This document shows positions 16,301 to 30,572 of a stretch of DNA of 64,000 nucleotides, in pieces. Positions within the stretch are counted from its first letter, which is position 1. Every line of letters begins with the position of its first letter. The stretch comes from Raillietiella orientalis. Lineage: Eukaryota. The translations under genes and the position numbers were made by a program. The notes beneath the pieces were generated by a model, which did not search any database, had not been told where the DNA came from, and saw only the letters and a program-made list of their open reading frames with translations. Location: assembly GCA_036172245.1 (NCBI GenBank), contig JAYWIR010000016.1, forward strand, positions 2,108,001 through 2,172,000, in the 5' to 3' direction.

Positions 16301-17783
16301 GTAACCAAGATAAAAAGACTTTACATAGATTTTATGTGATCTGTTTATGATTGATTCCTTTTAAGTATTTGTTTGCATTTTTGTGTAACAACAAACATAA
16401 ATGGGGTCATTTCCCCAGCAGATTCTTCACCCTGTTAAATCTTTCTTGAGTTGTAAATAAAAGTGTTATATTTGAGTCTACTGTTTATATCTATTGTAAA
16501 AGCTACTTTTTTGGCATTTTTAGTCGATTTGCTACGTTATCCAGCTTACAAGAGAAAAATAATCATTCAGATGAGCAACAAGCATTCTATGCTGGTGGCT
16601 CAGAAAGAAGTGGCCAGCAAATCTTAGGACCCACAAGCAATAAAAAACTCGTGGAAAATTTTTTTAAAATTGCACGGGAGTAAGTATACTCTTTGCTGAT
16701 GATTTAAAATTTCCAGTAGACATGCTGCAAGCAGCACTTCTCCCAAGCCAGAATCTGATGACAAATTTTCTGGTTTGGGCTACAGACTTGGAGATTCATC
16801 TGGATCACAAAGTATTATATCTACTGGCCACCTGATATCATTTTTGTTGATACTGGTTTCCAAAATTTTAGTTGTAGGTGCTCCATCAGATGTTGAAAGT
16901 AAACCAAGGAATGTAGTTTTAAAGTTATGGAAATCAGGATTTAGTGTTGATAATGGGAATCTGAGAAGTTATGCAGATGCTGCAAACAGGGAATTTTTAG
17001 ATTCAGTTCAAAAAGGGTATGCACTTGCTTTCCTTAACATATAATCTTGAGATTTTGGTTTTTTTTCTAATGGTCTTCAATTTCATCACTGTATATGTCA
17101 GCTTTTTCTCTAGGTTTCAGTTTTTTAAGTGCGTTGCAGTTAATAGAACACACTATAAAAAGTCCATGTGTGAAATGATTTAATTTATATTGGTGCATTC
17201 ATGTTTAGCCATGTTCCACCTGAATTACTGCAATATACCGATAAAGGAATAATAGATTTGAATTTGGAAGATCATACAGACGAAGAATTTGTGCAACCTA
17301 AGTATCATTTAACACCTTTCACAGGAGAAGGTCATATTTTAGGAAGGTAACTAAGTAAATATGCATAGTTATCTAGCTATGTTCATTTAGTCCTACTCCA
17401 AAAATTATTGGTGAATCATCGATTGCAAGTGATGCACGACAGAGTGATATGGATACACATGAAGAAACAGCAAAGGCTATGTTTCCTGTTGATTCTAATC
17501 TACCATCTGCCAATTTACAGATAAGATTAATAGATGGATCAAGGCTAATTATTCGAATGAATAATAATCACACACTAAGTGATTTGCGCACATACATTCT
17601 TCTGTATCCTTTATTATTTATGCTAAAATGTCATGTTTCCTATTAAGCAGTGCTAGACCACAGTTTGCTTCCCAGCCATTCTATTTGATGACAACATTTC
17701 CTAAAAACATACTAAACGAAGATTCTAAAACTTTGGAAGAATTGGGTATACTGAATGGAACCATACAACAAAAACTTATATGA
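13343..17783 (+). CDS. NSFL1C: NSFL1 cofactor p47 (UBA-SEP-UBX p97 adaptor), 8 coding exons
   Basis: Exons 13343-13450, 13627-13778, 16524-16679, 16720-16811, 16878-17016, 17209-17346, 17391-17603, 17651-17783. Motifs: UBA-like FISITNVDEERARFYL, QAFYAGGSERSGQQILGP, FSGLGYRLG, SEP LKLWKSGFSVDNG, SHP FTGEGHILGS, UBX LQIRLIDGSRL...MTTFP. The exon 4 donor position is uncertain. Confidence 0.95.
14485..15464 (-). pseudogene. rep: Endogenous CRESS-DNA virus Rep (HUH endonuclease + SF3 helicase), decayed
   Basis: RCR motif II TPHLQGY (15261-15281), HLETSKGS..N.EYCLK motif III (YCLK 15147-15158), then WQLQILEHL...IFWIKDEGGNSGKTTFVKFL (Walker A 14794-14814), YDFIKSLKNRIIFNPKY, PHIMAMAN (motif C) and KMSTDH. 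In-frame stops at about 15129, 14896 and 14581, plus at least one frameshift. Confidence 0.9.
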
Positions 17784-20700
17784 ACAAGGGATTCAAAACT
17801 TCTGCGCAGAAAGGCATTATGTTTTTGAATAACTTTATAATTTTGTGTTCTTGCTGTTCATGTTACAATCCGAAAAATATATCTGAATTATCATAATAAA
17901 CTGGCAGATGATTAAGGACCTTCCAGTTTGTCCCTGATTGACACTAGAATCCTCTTTGAATGTTTCTTAGATCACATAGCTAGGAATAAAGGGAAGTTAA
18001 TCGGTCACCACCCTTTAACTTTTTTTCCAGATATCTCTACTATCTCTACTTTCTTCCTACCTCTCTCTTGAGATGAACATTGGTCCATTGCACATAGCTG
18101 AGAAGAGTCTATATTCCTAAGGTGATTGCCTGGGAAATGTGGCCACATTGTCTGCATCCAAGTCATCGTGAGCATTTTTTGCTTTTTTCATGTGCATTCG
18201 CGTATGCTTCCCTACTGTTTCGTCTTGTGCATGCAAGCAATCTCATATGCAAAAATATGAGTTGATCCTGACTCACCTTCCTGTCACACTGATGCTCATT
18301 TTCCTTCTATCCTCAACATGGAGGTCTTGTGAATTACGTCTGTGCAAAGAGGGCAGCAAAAAAAAGAAAATAAATACGTTAAAATAGATTCTTTTCTATT
18401 TGCAAGTGATTCTTCGGAAATATTCCTACATGTGAGGCATGTGGAATATTGCTAGATAGCTCCATCCAGAAGGGATGGTTATTGGTGCTCATGTTACTGT
18501 ACTGGGCACCTGTTCCTTGCAGGCTATGGTACGAGTTTGCCCATCGTCTAGCATAACTATTTCTAGTTTCATCACACCTTCCATTCCACTCATACAAGCA
18601 GCTGCACTATTTTTTCTGCTGCTGCACCATAACTTCCATTTCACATGTAAGACTAGAAGGAAAGAAGATCGGAAACATTTCAAAAACCAGCGAGTAATGG
18701 TGATTCTACAAGCATTGCCGAATGCTTTGGGGCGAATTAATGGATAGCAAAACATCCCCCTTCTTTTCATTTCCGTGTTTTAGTTACTTGCTGCTCCAGG
18801 CTGAAATTGTATTGTACCAGCATCTGGCTTCTCAACAGTTATGAGTGGCTGAAAGAAACCATCCAACTGCTAATCTGCTAACACAAAGAGAGCTAACGTA
18901 CATTAAACACTGAACGATAGCAACAGAGCTATAAAGTCAAATGGCATTTTCCCTCCATTCTGCAGAACACTGATGCTCTTGAATGATAATTCTAATTGTT
19001 GCTCTGCTCCAGAAAAAGAAAAAAAAAGAAATGCCATTCTGTCGAGGCAGAATGGCATTATTTCTGCAGAAGAGGCGCTTGGTGAGTGTTTTGGCTACTG
19101 CCATTGCAAACTCTTCCCACCCTGGAGGTGTCTTAGTGAGGAACAAGAGACCCTATAGAAAAGTGTCTGCATGCAGGAGGGAAAGGTGTGCAAAGAAATA
19201 CCACAAGAAGGGCAAAAGGGTAGACTCGAGCAAGTGAAAGATTAGGCGGACACAAACTGTACACCATAGTCCTTTATGACGATGGCACAGTTAACTTAGG
19301 GGTGCAGTAGTGGAAAGCAAAATGGATATAAGTAAACTACTGGAATATCTGATCCTTTAAAAGAACAATCAGTGTACTGAGGTTTGCAGATGGGAATTCA
19401 CTGAGAGGCTCAAACTAGAAATGTCCAAGCATGCTCTGGGATGCACATTGTGGGGAATAGTTGGCAGTAGATGTCCCAGTTTCAATCCTAAAGAGGGGAA
19501 TGGAGGGAAAAGGAAGTTTAGCAATGAACAAGTAAGAGTACTTCCCAAACTCCCAAAATCAAAGTACAGATACTCTTTGTTAAGAAAATGAAGGTCAAAA
19601 GCATTTTTTCTTGGAAGGTGCTTTTTGATGCATCCAGATTTTCTCATCCATGGATGGCATCAAATCTCTTCGTTCATCTTCTCTGCATCCCACAAAACTA
19701 TCTCCTTCCTCCTGTCTTTCAAGTTTTGTGGCTAAATGCTCCTTTAGTTTTTGGCAAACAGGACAATCATGCTCCCATTTGGGCTTTCAAGATTACTGAG
19801 GGGCTTTCCACAAAAGCGAAAACTTGAAGTGCATTGAAAGAACTCCATGAAAGAAGTAAGGATCCTAGTGAGCATTTACTGTCCTGTTAGGTGCTGCTGG
19901 TTTGCACAGGTTTCATCTCTGATCTGTTTTAGAAGAGTTCTTACGGATCAGAAGAAAACTATTAGCATGACCATCTTCTTTAAAAAGTCCTATTTGCTAA
20001 AGCTCATACATTCAAATGTAAAAACCACTAACTGCATGATAGGTCATCTACAAATTAGGTAATATTGAGCAACCAAGCAACCAGACTCGTATAGGAATAA
20101 CTTGTGGCCAGAAAAGAAAATAGGTTATGCTGCATTAAAATCAGATCCAACCATAAAGATTATAGAGATTATTCTTACATAAATGGAAAAATGTCTGTTT
20201 CAACTCTTGATCTAAAATTGAATTTATTTAAATGTGAAAGTCAGCATTACAATTTTCAGATTCTAGCATTGTACAGCATATTTGCAATAAGAACTGATTT
20301 TTCGATGAACATTTTGAAAAGCAAACGAAGTGGGTGAATCATCAAAGTTTTATAGGTAAATGCTGTCATAGCCTTTGGACATACTCTGTTCTACGTGTTT
20401 TCACGTAGTTTCTAGGTATCTTGCAATGTGTTTTTGAAATTCTTTCAAAAAGCAACATATACTGTAGACTACTTTGAAGATTAACTATGCAAAAATTATG
20501 ACTGAGCATTTTAAAATGTTACATATCTGCTGAAAAGCTACAGATGACCCCCTGCAAACATTAATATGCCAGCAAAGGCATTTGGATTTTACATATCCCA
20601 TGATAAAGAATGCCCAAATAATCTTTTCTTCAGTAGGAGCGTAATGAGTTTGATGTGAAACAATTTATACTTCAACTTATTCTTGAAAATTTCAATAGAT

Positions 20701-22523
20701 GAGCCAAGAGCATTTACAATATTCAACATTTCTATTCTATATTTTCTTGTTTTCCAAAAGCAAATCAAAATTTGCTTCCTATTAATCTTTGTAAAGAAAT
20801 ACATAACTGACATCCATTTGGTTAATTTTAATCTAAACTAAGGACTTAATTTCATCATATTCCAACCCATGTTCATTTAGAGCTATTATTTTCAAAAACG
20901 TGTTTCATTATTCAGAGAACTGAATATGAAGGCTCTCATGTAGTTTACCAAGGCTTTAAAATAACAAACAAAATATACAACGGTGGTTGAAAAATTTAAA
21001 ATATATTTACTAAACTGATTTTACTGCTTCAAGTATCGGAAATATTGTTGCTTTTTTCGCTTAATTACCAAACAGATTTTGGAATATTTTGCAGTAATAT
21101 GATTAACAAGTTTTATGACTGTTTAAGTTAAAACGTGGTATCCAATTTTTACTAAGCTTCATAACAGAATCATTTCAATAGTATACTTTCGATCAGTCCC
21201 TATAGGCCAACTGGAAGTTGCTGCATGTGGAAATACAGAACAGTAATGGATACCACCACATATTCCATTGGAATAATCTCAAAACTAGCTTGTTTTACTT
21301 TCACGCAGTGAAAAGTTCTACTATTCTAAGTCATTGTGAATGATGACACTAGGAAACATCTACTGTTGTCTTTTCCCATCAATCAGGCATAAACAATATG
21401 CACCAGAGATTCCTGGCACACACTGTTTATGTCACACCTTGATGCTTGCTCCAAACTGCTGTCAACACTTTACGAAATGAAGCCTGTACTTTGAACATTT
21501 TGCTTGGAGAAAACTGCTTGCACCCTTATGTACAAGCTCCATCACCTGAAAACACAACTGAGAAACTCCCTAAGAAAACCATGTATGAAAGGCCATGCTT
21601 TCAGTCTTGTAGTTGTCCATTAGTCTTTCAGAAAACAGTACATGCAAGTAATTCAATATCCACACAGAACTAAACTATAATCTTCCTCAACAATTATCAT
21701 TGCTGGAGGACCTAACAATCATACTCCTGGATGTTACTTGAAACTCCATCTTAGTGAACTCTATGATGGTTACCCACAGTTTCTGCATAAATGGCAAATA
21801 TGCTCCTTCAAAGTCAGACTGCACTGTTGATATGCTTTGAACAAATCACTCTGTCACTAAACACTAAAATTCCTTTGTGCTCATAAGTAACCTGTAACTC
21901 ATAACTCATTAAACCAAATAATACAGACTTGAATGCCATCTGTGGCGATTTTTGAAATTATTTAAATCATCATCCATATTTTTAATTACCTAAACTCTGA
22001 CATACACTAATAGTGATCTGCTTCAAGAATCAAATACTACTTCATTCAGTGATCCCTATTGCGAATTATGTTTGCTTTAGCATTTTAGAATCTTTTGTAT
22101 GCTGAGAGAATTTATATCCCATAATCCGAAACAAAAAAAATTTCCAACTTTCGAAGAAAAAAAATTCAGCAAATCAAGTGGATACACAAGAATTGAATTC
22201 TACATCATTTTCCAGCATTCTTAAACAATAAAAGCACGACTCAAAACGTGGCTCATAAGGCATAAACAATTAAGTGGTAATTTTCCTGACATATTTATAA
22301 TGTTGTATTTAAAGAAATAATGATAAATGGTTTGTAACATAGAGCACCACTGATGATTACATACTTCAAGCTTGAAGATAAGTTAAGGTTTCAAAGCTTT
22401 CAAAACCAATAACTGTGGCTATTTTAAATTTAATGCTTGGTAAATACTGTACATACCCTACTTTACAGCTGTGTTTGTTCACAGTCTGGATTTACATTGC
22501 TTTATTGTCTAATAAAACATATG

Positions 22524-23768
22524 TCATGTGTTCTGCATTTCAGAACTTTTTTGTTCTTTTCTTGACAAAAAGTGTTCATAATAACTTTTTGTAAAATCTA
22601 TCATTAAATCCTCCATGCATTCTGGCAAGTTTTCAGTTGGAAGTGCAGGAGAACCTGAATAAACTGTAAAAGTAGGGACCACAGTCTCAGGTGATAACAC
22701 AGCATCATCCTTGATCATGCAACACTCTTTTAAGACACATCTTCTTCCCTTAAGAAACATAGTTCATTACAAACTGAAGCATTTAGAACCCACATCGACA
22801 AACACCTGAGATGAAATGATAACATGAAAAACAAAATTGCAATTAACTGCAATTTGTAAGTCACATATTAAACATGACATCAACAGGATGAAAACAAAAA
22901 AAGATAAAAGTAACATCACTCTTCTATGCAGTTGGTAAAAAATATCTTTCAAACTACATAGGACTAAAGATGTATTTTAAAAAAAACATGAAAAATCCAA
23001 AAATATAGCATGGGACAGGATAAATTACGAAATCAGCTACGAGTGAAACAATTACATTTCGTTTATTTACAGAAGGTAGCATCCAATTTTAAGAATGATA
23101 ATTTTATAAGTGAAGACTTAGTCCTGAAACTATGTGAAACTGTCATACTTACAATAACGCAGTTTTTACCGATGTAGACATAAGAACCAATTGTGGCAGC
23201 ACTTATCAAACTCCCTTCACCAATAAATACATTATCACCAATGTATACAGGAAAGAAGGCAATCCTGCAAGAGCCATGTGCAAAAAATCTTCAAGATGTG
23301 GTTTGTTACCCTTTACTAAATTTTTTAAATGGTGGCCTTATAACTGCTTTTTGGCTTATAATACAGTTTCTTCCCACCTTGATATTTGCCAAATCTCCTC
23401 TCAATATGGATTCTTTCATGACAATGTTTTTTCCACATAATATTATGTTCTGACTTCCACATAATATAGACTGTCTGCAGACTTTATTTCCAGTAGCCTA
23501 ATAATGCATGTAGTATAATGCATGAAACATTTTGCAACATTCATAAAAATGCTGTTGATTAAATAAATCTTCCCAATCGAAAATAGCAGTGCAACATAAG
23601 AGTTAAAATTTCAATTGAAGTTTACGTAAGCACAAAAATGATTGGAATACGGACGCAATTTCCATTAATAATATTCGGACCGTTATTAATACAACAAATA
23701 CAATTTAAAACACATTTTACCGTTTCAATGTATTCATTTTTGTCATAATACTGGTCCTGAACCTCCAT
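22524..23768 (-). CDS. DCTN5: Dynactin subunit 5 (p25), 4 coding exons
   Basis: Exons 23721-23768, 23310-23497, 23153-23264, 22524-22748. Translation: [22 protein letters not shown]...LRGDLANI...[23 protein letters not shown]...[22 protein letters not shown] (hexapeptide beta-helix). Confidence 0.97.
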
Positions 23769-26477
23769 TTGCTTTACTCATTTATATTATTGTATTACAA
23801 CGTCATGCTGAAATTCTTCCACGATGTTCCTCTTTATCCCTCACGTCCAAACGCACTCCATTTTCCTCGTGCCGTTCGCACCGCCTCCTCCACCGATGTG
23901 TGCCACGGCTGCACACATGTGCGGCGGACGTGCACGGAATGGACATGGGGGTTGCCATTCGCTCTGTGCACGAAAATCCACCGTGCAGAGCTCTTCCGCG
24001 ACCTCTTGGGTAATTAGCCACCACATTCGTTTACTTGCCTCTTTGAATTATGCAATTTAAAGCATTGAAGACTTACACGTACGTTGCTATCGAAGGATCT
24101 GTATCGAGTGCAAACGATCCGTTAGTTACTTAGACATGGTAAAGTGTTAAAGTTCCTATCGTTTTCAATGTTTCAAGCAGACGTCCGTGCTTCCTGTCAT
24201 CGGGAAGCTTTGAAGTGATGAGGCTTTCAAAACAATTTCTGTTTCAGACATTGCTCAAATAGACAATTCACCATGGAGTGCCGCCGGTTCTTATATGCCA
24301 AAAAAGATACAGTGAGGTACTGGATGTTTTGTTGTGATCAGTGGGAACTGTACTTACGATATCCCTACTGTAGATTGAAACATCTTTGTAAAGTCCTTTG
24401 ATGACATGTGTGATTACCTAAGATGACGTATGTTGTTGTTTGGAAGTGGATTTCGAGTCAATTCAGCGGAGGTTCCACCTTTACAAGCGCCTCTCTAAAT
24501 TCTTAGGAATCGACCCAGGGGTCTTAGTGATCATCCCAGCATGCAAAGAATCGATGCTTTTCCTAAGGCTGCAACATGATGTGAAACTGCTTTTGCACTG
24601 GGATTATGGTGCAAGTAATGAGCACACAGTGCCTCCGGAGGGAGAGTGTCTGCGAACTGAGAGTGATGTGATAATGAAGAATGCCTTCCACGGATGCTGC
24701 CGGAGGTTGAAGCATGCGGCGGAAATGGAGGTGTCGATAGTCTTTTCCCTTCCCTACAGAAAGAGATTTTTAAGTGTTTCTTCCTTACCAAGACCCTTTA
24801 GTAACCTGCAGTAACGATTGCACTGTTGTGCTTTATCCACGGAATTGTGCTGGCAAGGATGCAACTTTAGTTTGGTAAAATCGAACGAGGAAGCGAACAG
24901 TCTCGAACATTTTCCACTCAGATGAGCTGGAAGCTTGTGCTTCTTGTACAGGCAGGTGAAAGTGACAGCTGCATTCGTAGCACGGAGAGTGAGGACGCAG
25001 GTGACTAGATGACAATTCTACCCCGGTTCACACTCTCACCTCAGCTAAACTTTTTCTTCTTTCCCATACCCCAGACGTTGTCATGCAGTATGCTCTTGGG
25101 ATAAGTCCATCCCCTTATGACCGTTTGAATAGTGTTTTTGTAAGTTTATTTCGGTAGTAAACGCTCCAATACAAGCGGATGACGGCTGTTTCAGCGTCAA
25201 TATTCTCTAGAAGGTACCGATTATTTTGGTGCTCTCGAAACGTTTCAACTGAGTTTTTTTTTTGCTTTATTGCCTTATACATGCATATACCTGGCAATAA
25301 TGCATACTCATTCTACAAAATTTTTTTTAGTCTTTCATAGACTTCATTATCTCATTATACTGTGCAGATCTCGACCCGAGCGTAAATTTGATTTTCGTAT
25401 TCCACTTATTCTATAGAAACAGAGGACGGTACATCAAACTATGGTTAAAAGAATATTCTTCTTTTGCTTTCTTAATTTCGCCTCAATTTGATGAAACAAT
25501 TTTGTCCATAAATTTCCAAACACGCTAATGTTTGTGATCCTAGTTACTTGCCCTCTTCATGATGTGCAGATTATTAAGCATTTGATCCTGCCATTTAACA
25601 TACGAGTTCAGGAGCATGAGAACTCTCTCGGAAATCTTCAGCCTTTGCTTTCTTAGGGTCGCCACTCGTTTGTGTCGTCAGGTTTTGATCTGGGCTTGTC
25701 AGTCTAGATGAAAATCTCGTGCCAGTCCCATCTCGAAAAATTAAAGTTTACAATGAGGGAAAACCTAATGGTTCTTTTAAGTATCTCCATATAAATGCTC
25801 TTGGCATTCTTGTGGAACCAAAGGGGGATGCGCTCCTACTGTGGTCAATATTAGTAACAAACTGAGAATGGAATGGACCGTGTGCATGTGAAATCCCAGT
25901 GCAAGGCTTACACATGCATGCTTCCCTGTATGAAATGTCGTGGCGTACAATCGACTTACATGATACATAGTGCCTCCTTTTCTATTTGCATAACACTTAT
26001 GACTTCCATGTACGTCGAGGATTTCTGATCAAACGATTAAACGTCTACGTTAGTAATGATTTTCGGCGAAATCTTCTGAAACGATGGACCGCCGAACATT
26101 CAGTCATCGTTCGTTTCACGACTGCTGTGGTTAAATGCTTGTGCTTTTGTTTGAAAGTACCACCATACTTCCAAAAAACGAAACATTTGTTAGTAAATAC
26201 AACCTTTGGATGAAAATGATACTCTGTGGTCACAAATTATTAGTTTATACTCCTTTTTACTATTGTGCATATCGGACTTCCTATTCCCAGTTAAGGATTT
26301 TAACTTTGTCCAGTCTTGGTCTTCATCGATGTAACCTGATCCATACTTACTGAGGATTCCAGTGTACAAGCACTACTTGGTTACACCTTATCATGTACTT
26401 ATTGAAACCATTTATTCAATTATATACCTTATAATATCAGAACAATAACTGTTGCAACAGCTGATTTCGTCAAAGAA

Positions 26478-29323
26478 TTACTCATCTTGGGAATCCCAAG
26501 AATTAATGCTACCAGGGTTAGATTTGCAGGCATGCAATTCAAAATTGAGATTTTGATCAAAGTTATTATTTTCACTGATGTAGTCACTTTCTAATCTTAC
26601 TTTTCCCATCTCTGAAAAATCTCTAATGGCAGTTGAATTCTCTAAATCAGAGAGTGAAAGGGTATCTGTAGTATCAGCATATAATTTAGTTGCTGTAACT
26701 GGATCACTATCAGCATGGCCTTCATTAACTGGAATCCCATTATTGTGTAACTGATGAGCAATATCAAGCAAAACATTTTTCATTAATCCTGTCTCTCCTG
26801 AAATTGATGATGGAAGTGATCTGCAAACACAGTTCACATCAAAAAACAATGGAATACATAGCAATCAGACCTGTTTAAATTGACATTACTGGCAATTTCT
26901 TGCAATTCTGTGTTCTGCATGCCTTGCTCAAGGAGTGTGTATTCGGGAGTGACTGTTGACTCATGAAATGTAGAATCAACTACCCTATGTAGGCAAAGAA
27001 ATATTCAAAGATACAGAAACTTTTGTACATACTCAGCGTTTCTTTGTTTTGCTGGAGTACTGTCAGCTACTAAGCTAGAAGAAACCAAATGATAGTATGA
27101 AGTTTTTTCTCTACCTCTGAGTCCATCCAACTGGGCTTCTAACAAAATCAGTTTGAGAATTCAATATCAGGGAAGACTGAAGAGGAGGGTGAAGAGCATC
27201 TCTACGATGGATATTACGATTAGACAGATATGCAAGAACTGAATGATCATTTCTGGATAACTGGTTTTGAAAGACACAATGCAATTTGCTATTGATCACT
27301 TTTTCTAGTCCTCGCCGCAGAACATCAAAGTCTTCCTTTTGCTATTCATAAAAGTACATAATAATTCACATAAGTAAATGTGCAAACCATATCAGACTGC
27401 TGTCTCTCATACATCAAAATAGCAGATGCTTCCTCAAATCTTTGTAACTGAATGCCTTGAGCATCTTCTGGAATGCCAAGCAGCAGCAGTTTCTCTTTCA
27501 CTAGATGCTCAACATTGGAACGTAATTTCTGCCTTACGTCATCTCCTATTATATGTGTAACTAAACAAGTAATGACAGGACAAAATAAAGCATAAAATGA
27601 TGAAAGTCTGTCACCAGCAAGAGATGACTTTATCAAATCTTCATGTGTCAAATCCTTGGGAATTTGAAGTAAAGAATTGGGTGGTTTCTCTTCTATTTTA
27701 CACTGAATTCCAACTGATACACAAGCAAACATAGTTTCACTTGATTTCTGTGACAAATAATGTAAAAACTATCACATCACTAATTACCTCTTCAACAGAT
27801 TTTTTTGCATACTTTTCCAATTGCATACATTGCTGGGCTAATTCCTGTCTAAGCTCACTGATCTGCTTTTTACTAAACAAAAGCTCTTCTTTCATAGCTT
27901 CATGCTTCTCTTTCAATGCTATGGAATCCTGCTGCAATATGCAATTGTCTTCAACTACAGAACAGTTTGATCATCAGAAATACATATGCTTACAATGTTG
28001 TTGTAATTCTCTGCTCTTATCTGAAACTTGCTTTTCAAGGAGCTTCTGCATTTCAGTTACTTTTGACCGCCAGAAGCATTCTTGGGCTTTCAGTTGCCCT
28101 TCATGCTTGATGCACATATCTTTTATCTGACAACAGTCAGAAAACAAATTAACAAGCACTTCACTGATAATAACTGGCATGGACTGTAGTAGGAAACTCA
28201 AACAGAAGTGTGCAAAAGAGAAACCCCAAAGATTGGGGGGTTTTCCCCAGTGCTTTTAAATCTAGAAAAGTGCTACATTTGTGCATCCCTGATATGATGA
28301 TAAAATAAAAACCTTCTCTTCCATGTGTCTATTTGTATTATTTTCCACTTTTTTTTCATGCTGCACAGTAAAGTTTTTCCCAATCACAACACTGCTATCA
28401 TTCTGAAATATTCCATAGCAAGATATTTACATGTATATACAAATAGATTAATTTTACATTCTGAAGTTTCTCACTAACTGTTGTTGCAAAATCAGTCTTC
28501 ATCTAAAAAGAAAAACGCAAGAAATAATGAAGTAATAGCTGAAACTCTCACACACATTTAAATACACAAACAGTAACTTTATGTGTGAATTTCTGATAAA
28601 AATTTGCACCAACTAGTGTGTAACCTGATGCATCACACACACTTGAAGACCCATCCAAACCCTGGTAGGGAACTCTTACGAATATGTTTAAGATGCTTAA
28701 TGTGAGGACATGTAATTTTTACGTGCATGAAAATGTACACAACATGAGAATACGTGTGAACTACGAGTCTTTTCTTCACATTGGAAAATGAAAATGATTA
28801 AAAAACACCTATGCTCCGCACGGGGGCTTGAAGGATACCTGCAGATAGTCCATTTTGGACTTCAACTCTTTAATTTCAGTTTCCAACTGTAAGTTGATTT
28901 GCCTTAAATCTTTTAAGTGTTTCAGTATTTCTTTGCTACATTCTCCTTTTTCGCTTTCATGTTTAAGCAGCTCCTCGTAATTCTTATATTGGGGATGCCG
29001 TCTACCGTAGTGGGCATCCAGGTAATACTTGCTAATGAACACTTTCGAACAGCATACGCACTGGAAAGCTTTTAAAAGTCTCGATTGGGTTTTGGATTTA
29101 CCTTGAAAAACGTACTCTCATTTTTCATAATTGGCAGCTTCGGGGCTACGGATGGCCGGCAGGTCCACTGATCCGGAGACTGGGCAGTTGGACCGAACTG
29201 CTTCTGCTTCATCCACGGCCGACCGAGTTCAAAAGAGTCCGCCAGCCGCACACCTTCCGAAACACCGCGCGACACCGACGTGTCCACAGTGGAGTCGTGA
29301 CATCGCGACCATCTCAGCATCAA
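26478..29323 (-). CDS. DZIP1/Iguana-like C2H2 zinc finger and coiled-coil protein (start and some exon limits uncertain)
   Basis: FQCVCCSKVFISKYYLDAHYGRRHP zinc finger (from ~29065), followed by coiled-coil exons and a KLLLLGIPEDAQGI...ER segment resembling the DZIP1 C-terminal conserved block. Many short GT-AG introns preserve the frame. Confidence 0.7.
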
Positions 29324-30572
29324 AGTTTCTTTCGGTAAAGAAAAGCACTCAACATCAAGACAGGTCGAGAAGACTGTTTTTTTTTTTTCCGTTTTTCCTT
29401 TTTACGGTTTGGGGTTTTCACACATACGCTTTCGAAGAAACTGTGGCTTGAGAAGGCAAATTTGCGATTCTTATTGTCAGCATAAGCAAAGAATACCCAC
29501 GGGAAGAGATGACCCTCAATCCAAACGCCTGAAACAAAAAATCGTGAATGCTCAAAGGAATCCACATGTGCAAACAAACTTAAAATAAATTCATTTCAGG
29601 CCGGGTGACAGCTGATCTTTTAACTCTTCCATTTAATTTCCATGTCACTCGGTTTGCTCCCATAATCATCGATTTGACTATGACTCGTCATTTGCAACGG
29701 TTCAACAAAAACTACTTTCCAACATATCGACGAAATCAATCCTGTTCAGTTCACGATTACACACCAAACTACACCGCTGGTAAGCGTGTGAATTAATTGG
29801 AACTTCTGAGTAGGACCGTAGACAATACAGACAAAATAGACATATGATTCTCTTAAATAAAAAAAAAACATTGCTTATTTGCACAGTATGAACCTATACG
29901 AGTTTATTTTCTGTCTCTCTCTCTTAAATATGCCTTGCAAACAATAAGCTTCTTTTACAAAAACACACAAAAAATGATGAACTCTATTAATAAACAGTAC
30001 TTGTAGAACTTCATCACAAATGTAATAATAATTCTCGTCACTGTATTTGATGTTCGAACTGAACTTGTTGCTTATTTGTAAGCTATTCATTTCTCGAGCT
30101 CTCCTGAAATATTTAATGCGGCAAATATTTACTTTAAAATCATCTGACAAGTTTCTTTAGCATGCATTGTTCAATAAACATGTGTACAGTATAATATCCA
30201 AATTCTTCTGATCTGCTAAGTGAAGCAAATAGCCTCTCAAATAATGACTCTTCTCAGAAAAAAAAAAAAAAAACAATGCACCTCTAATAATGAATATTTT
30301 ATTATCATAGAAAGCATTCAAAATAACTGTTTATTTTATTTTTTTAGTGTTGGTTTCTTAAATCACACCTTCTTTTTGGGAGTCTTGCTTCTCATTTCAC
30401 AAATGTCTCTCACAGTGATAGTTGCATCTCAATGAATTCATCACAAGTTCAAATGGGCTCAGCTATCTTACTTGAACGTGCATTCGTGGAAGTATCGATT
30501 TATGGTTTAATGGAATTCTTCAATCTTCTGTTAAATTGTCGCTCCCTGACACTTATCTCGTATGACACCTCC

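Noticed and set aside
17029..17039. Perfect U12 branch motif TTTCCTTAAC in an NSFL1C intron
   Set aside because: It lies beside a GTATGC donor, ~170 nt from the acceptor that preserves the frame; probably chance.
21690..21850. IIIAGGPN / TVDML resembling LINE APE endonuclease motifs
   Set aside because: Too degenerate to call without a profile search.
24440..25015. ORFs and possible splice sites between DCTN5 and the DZIP1-like gene
   Set aside because: No coherent gene model or recognisable domain.
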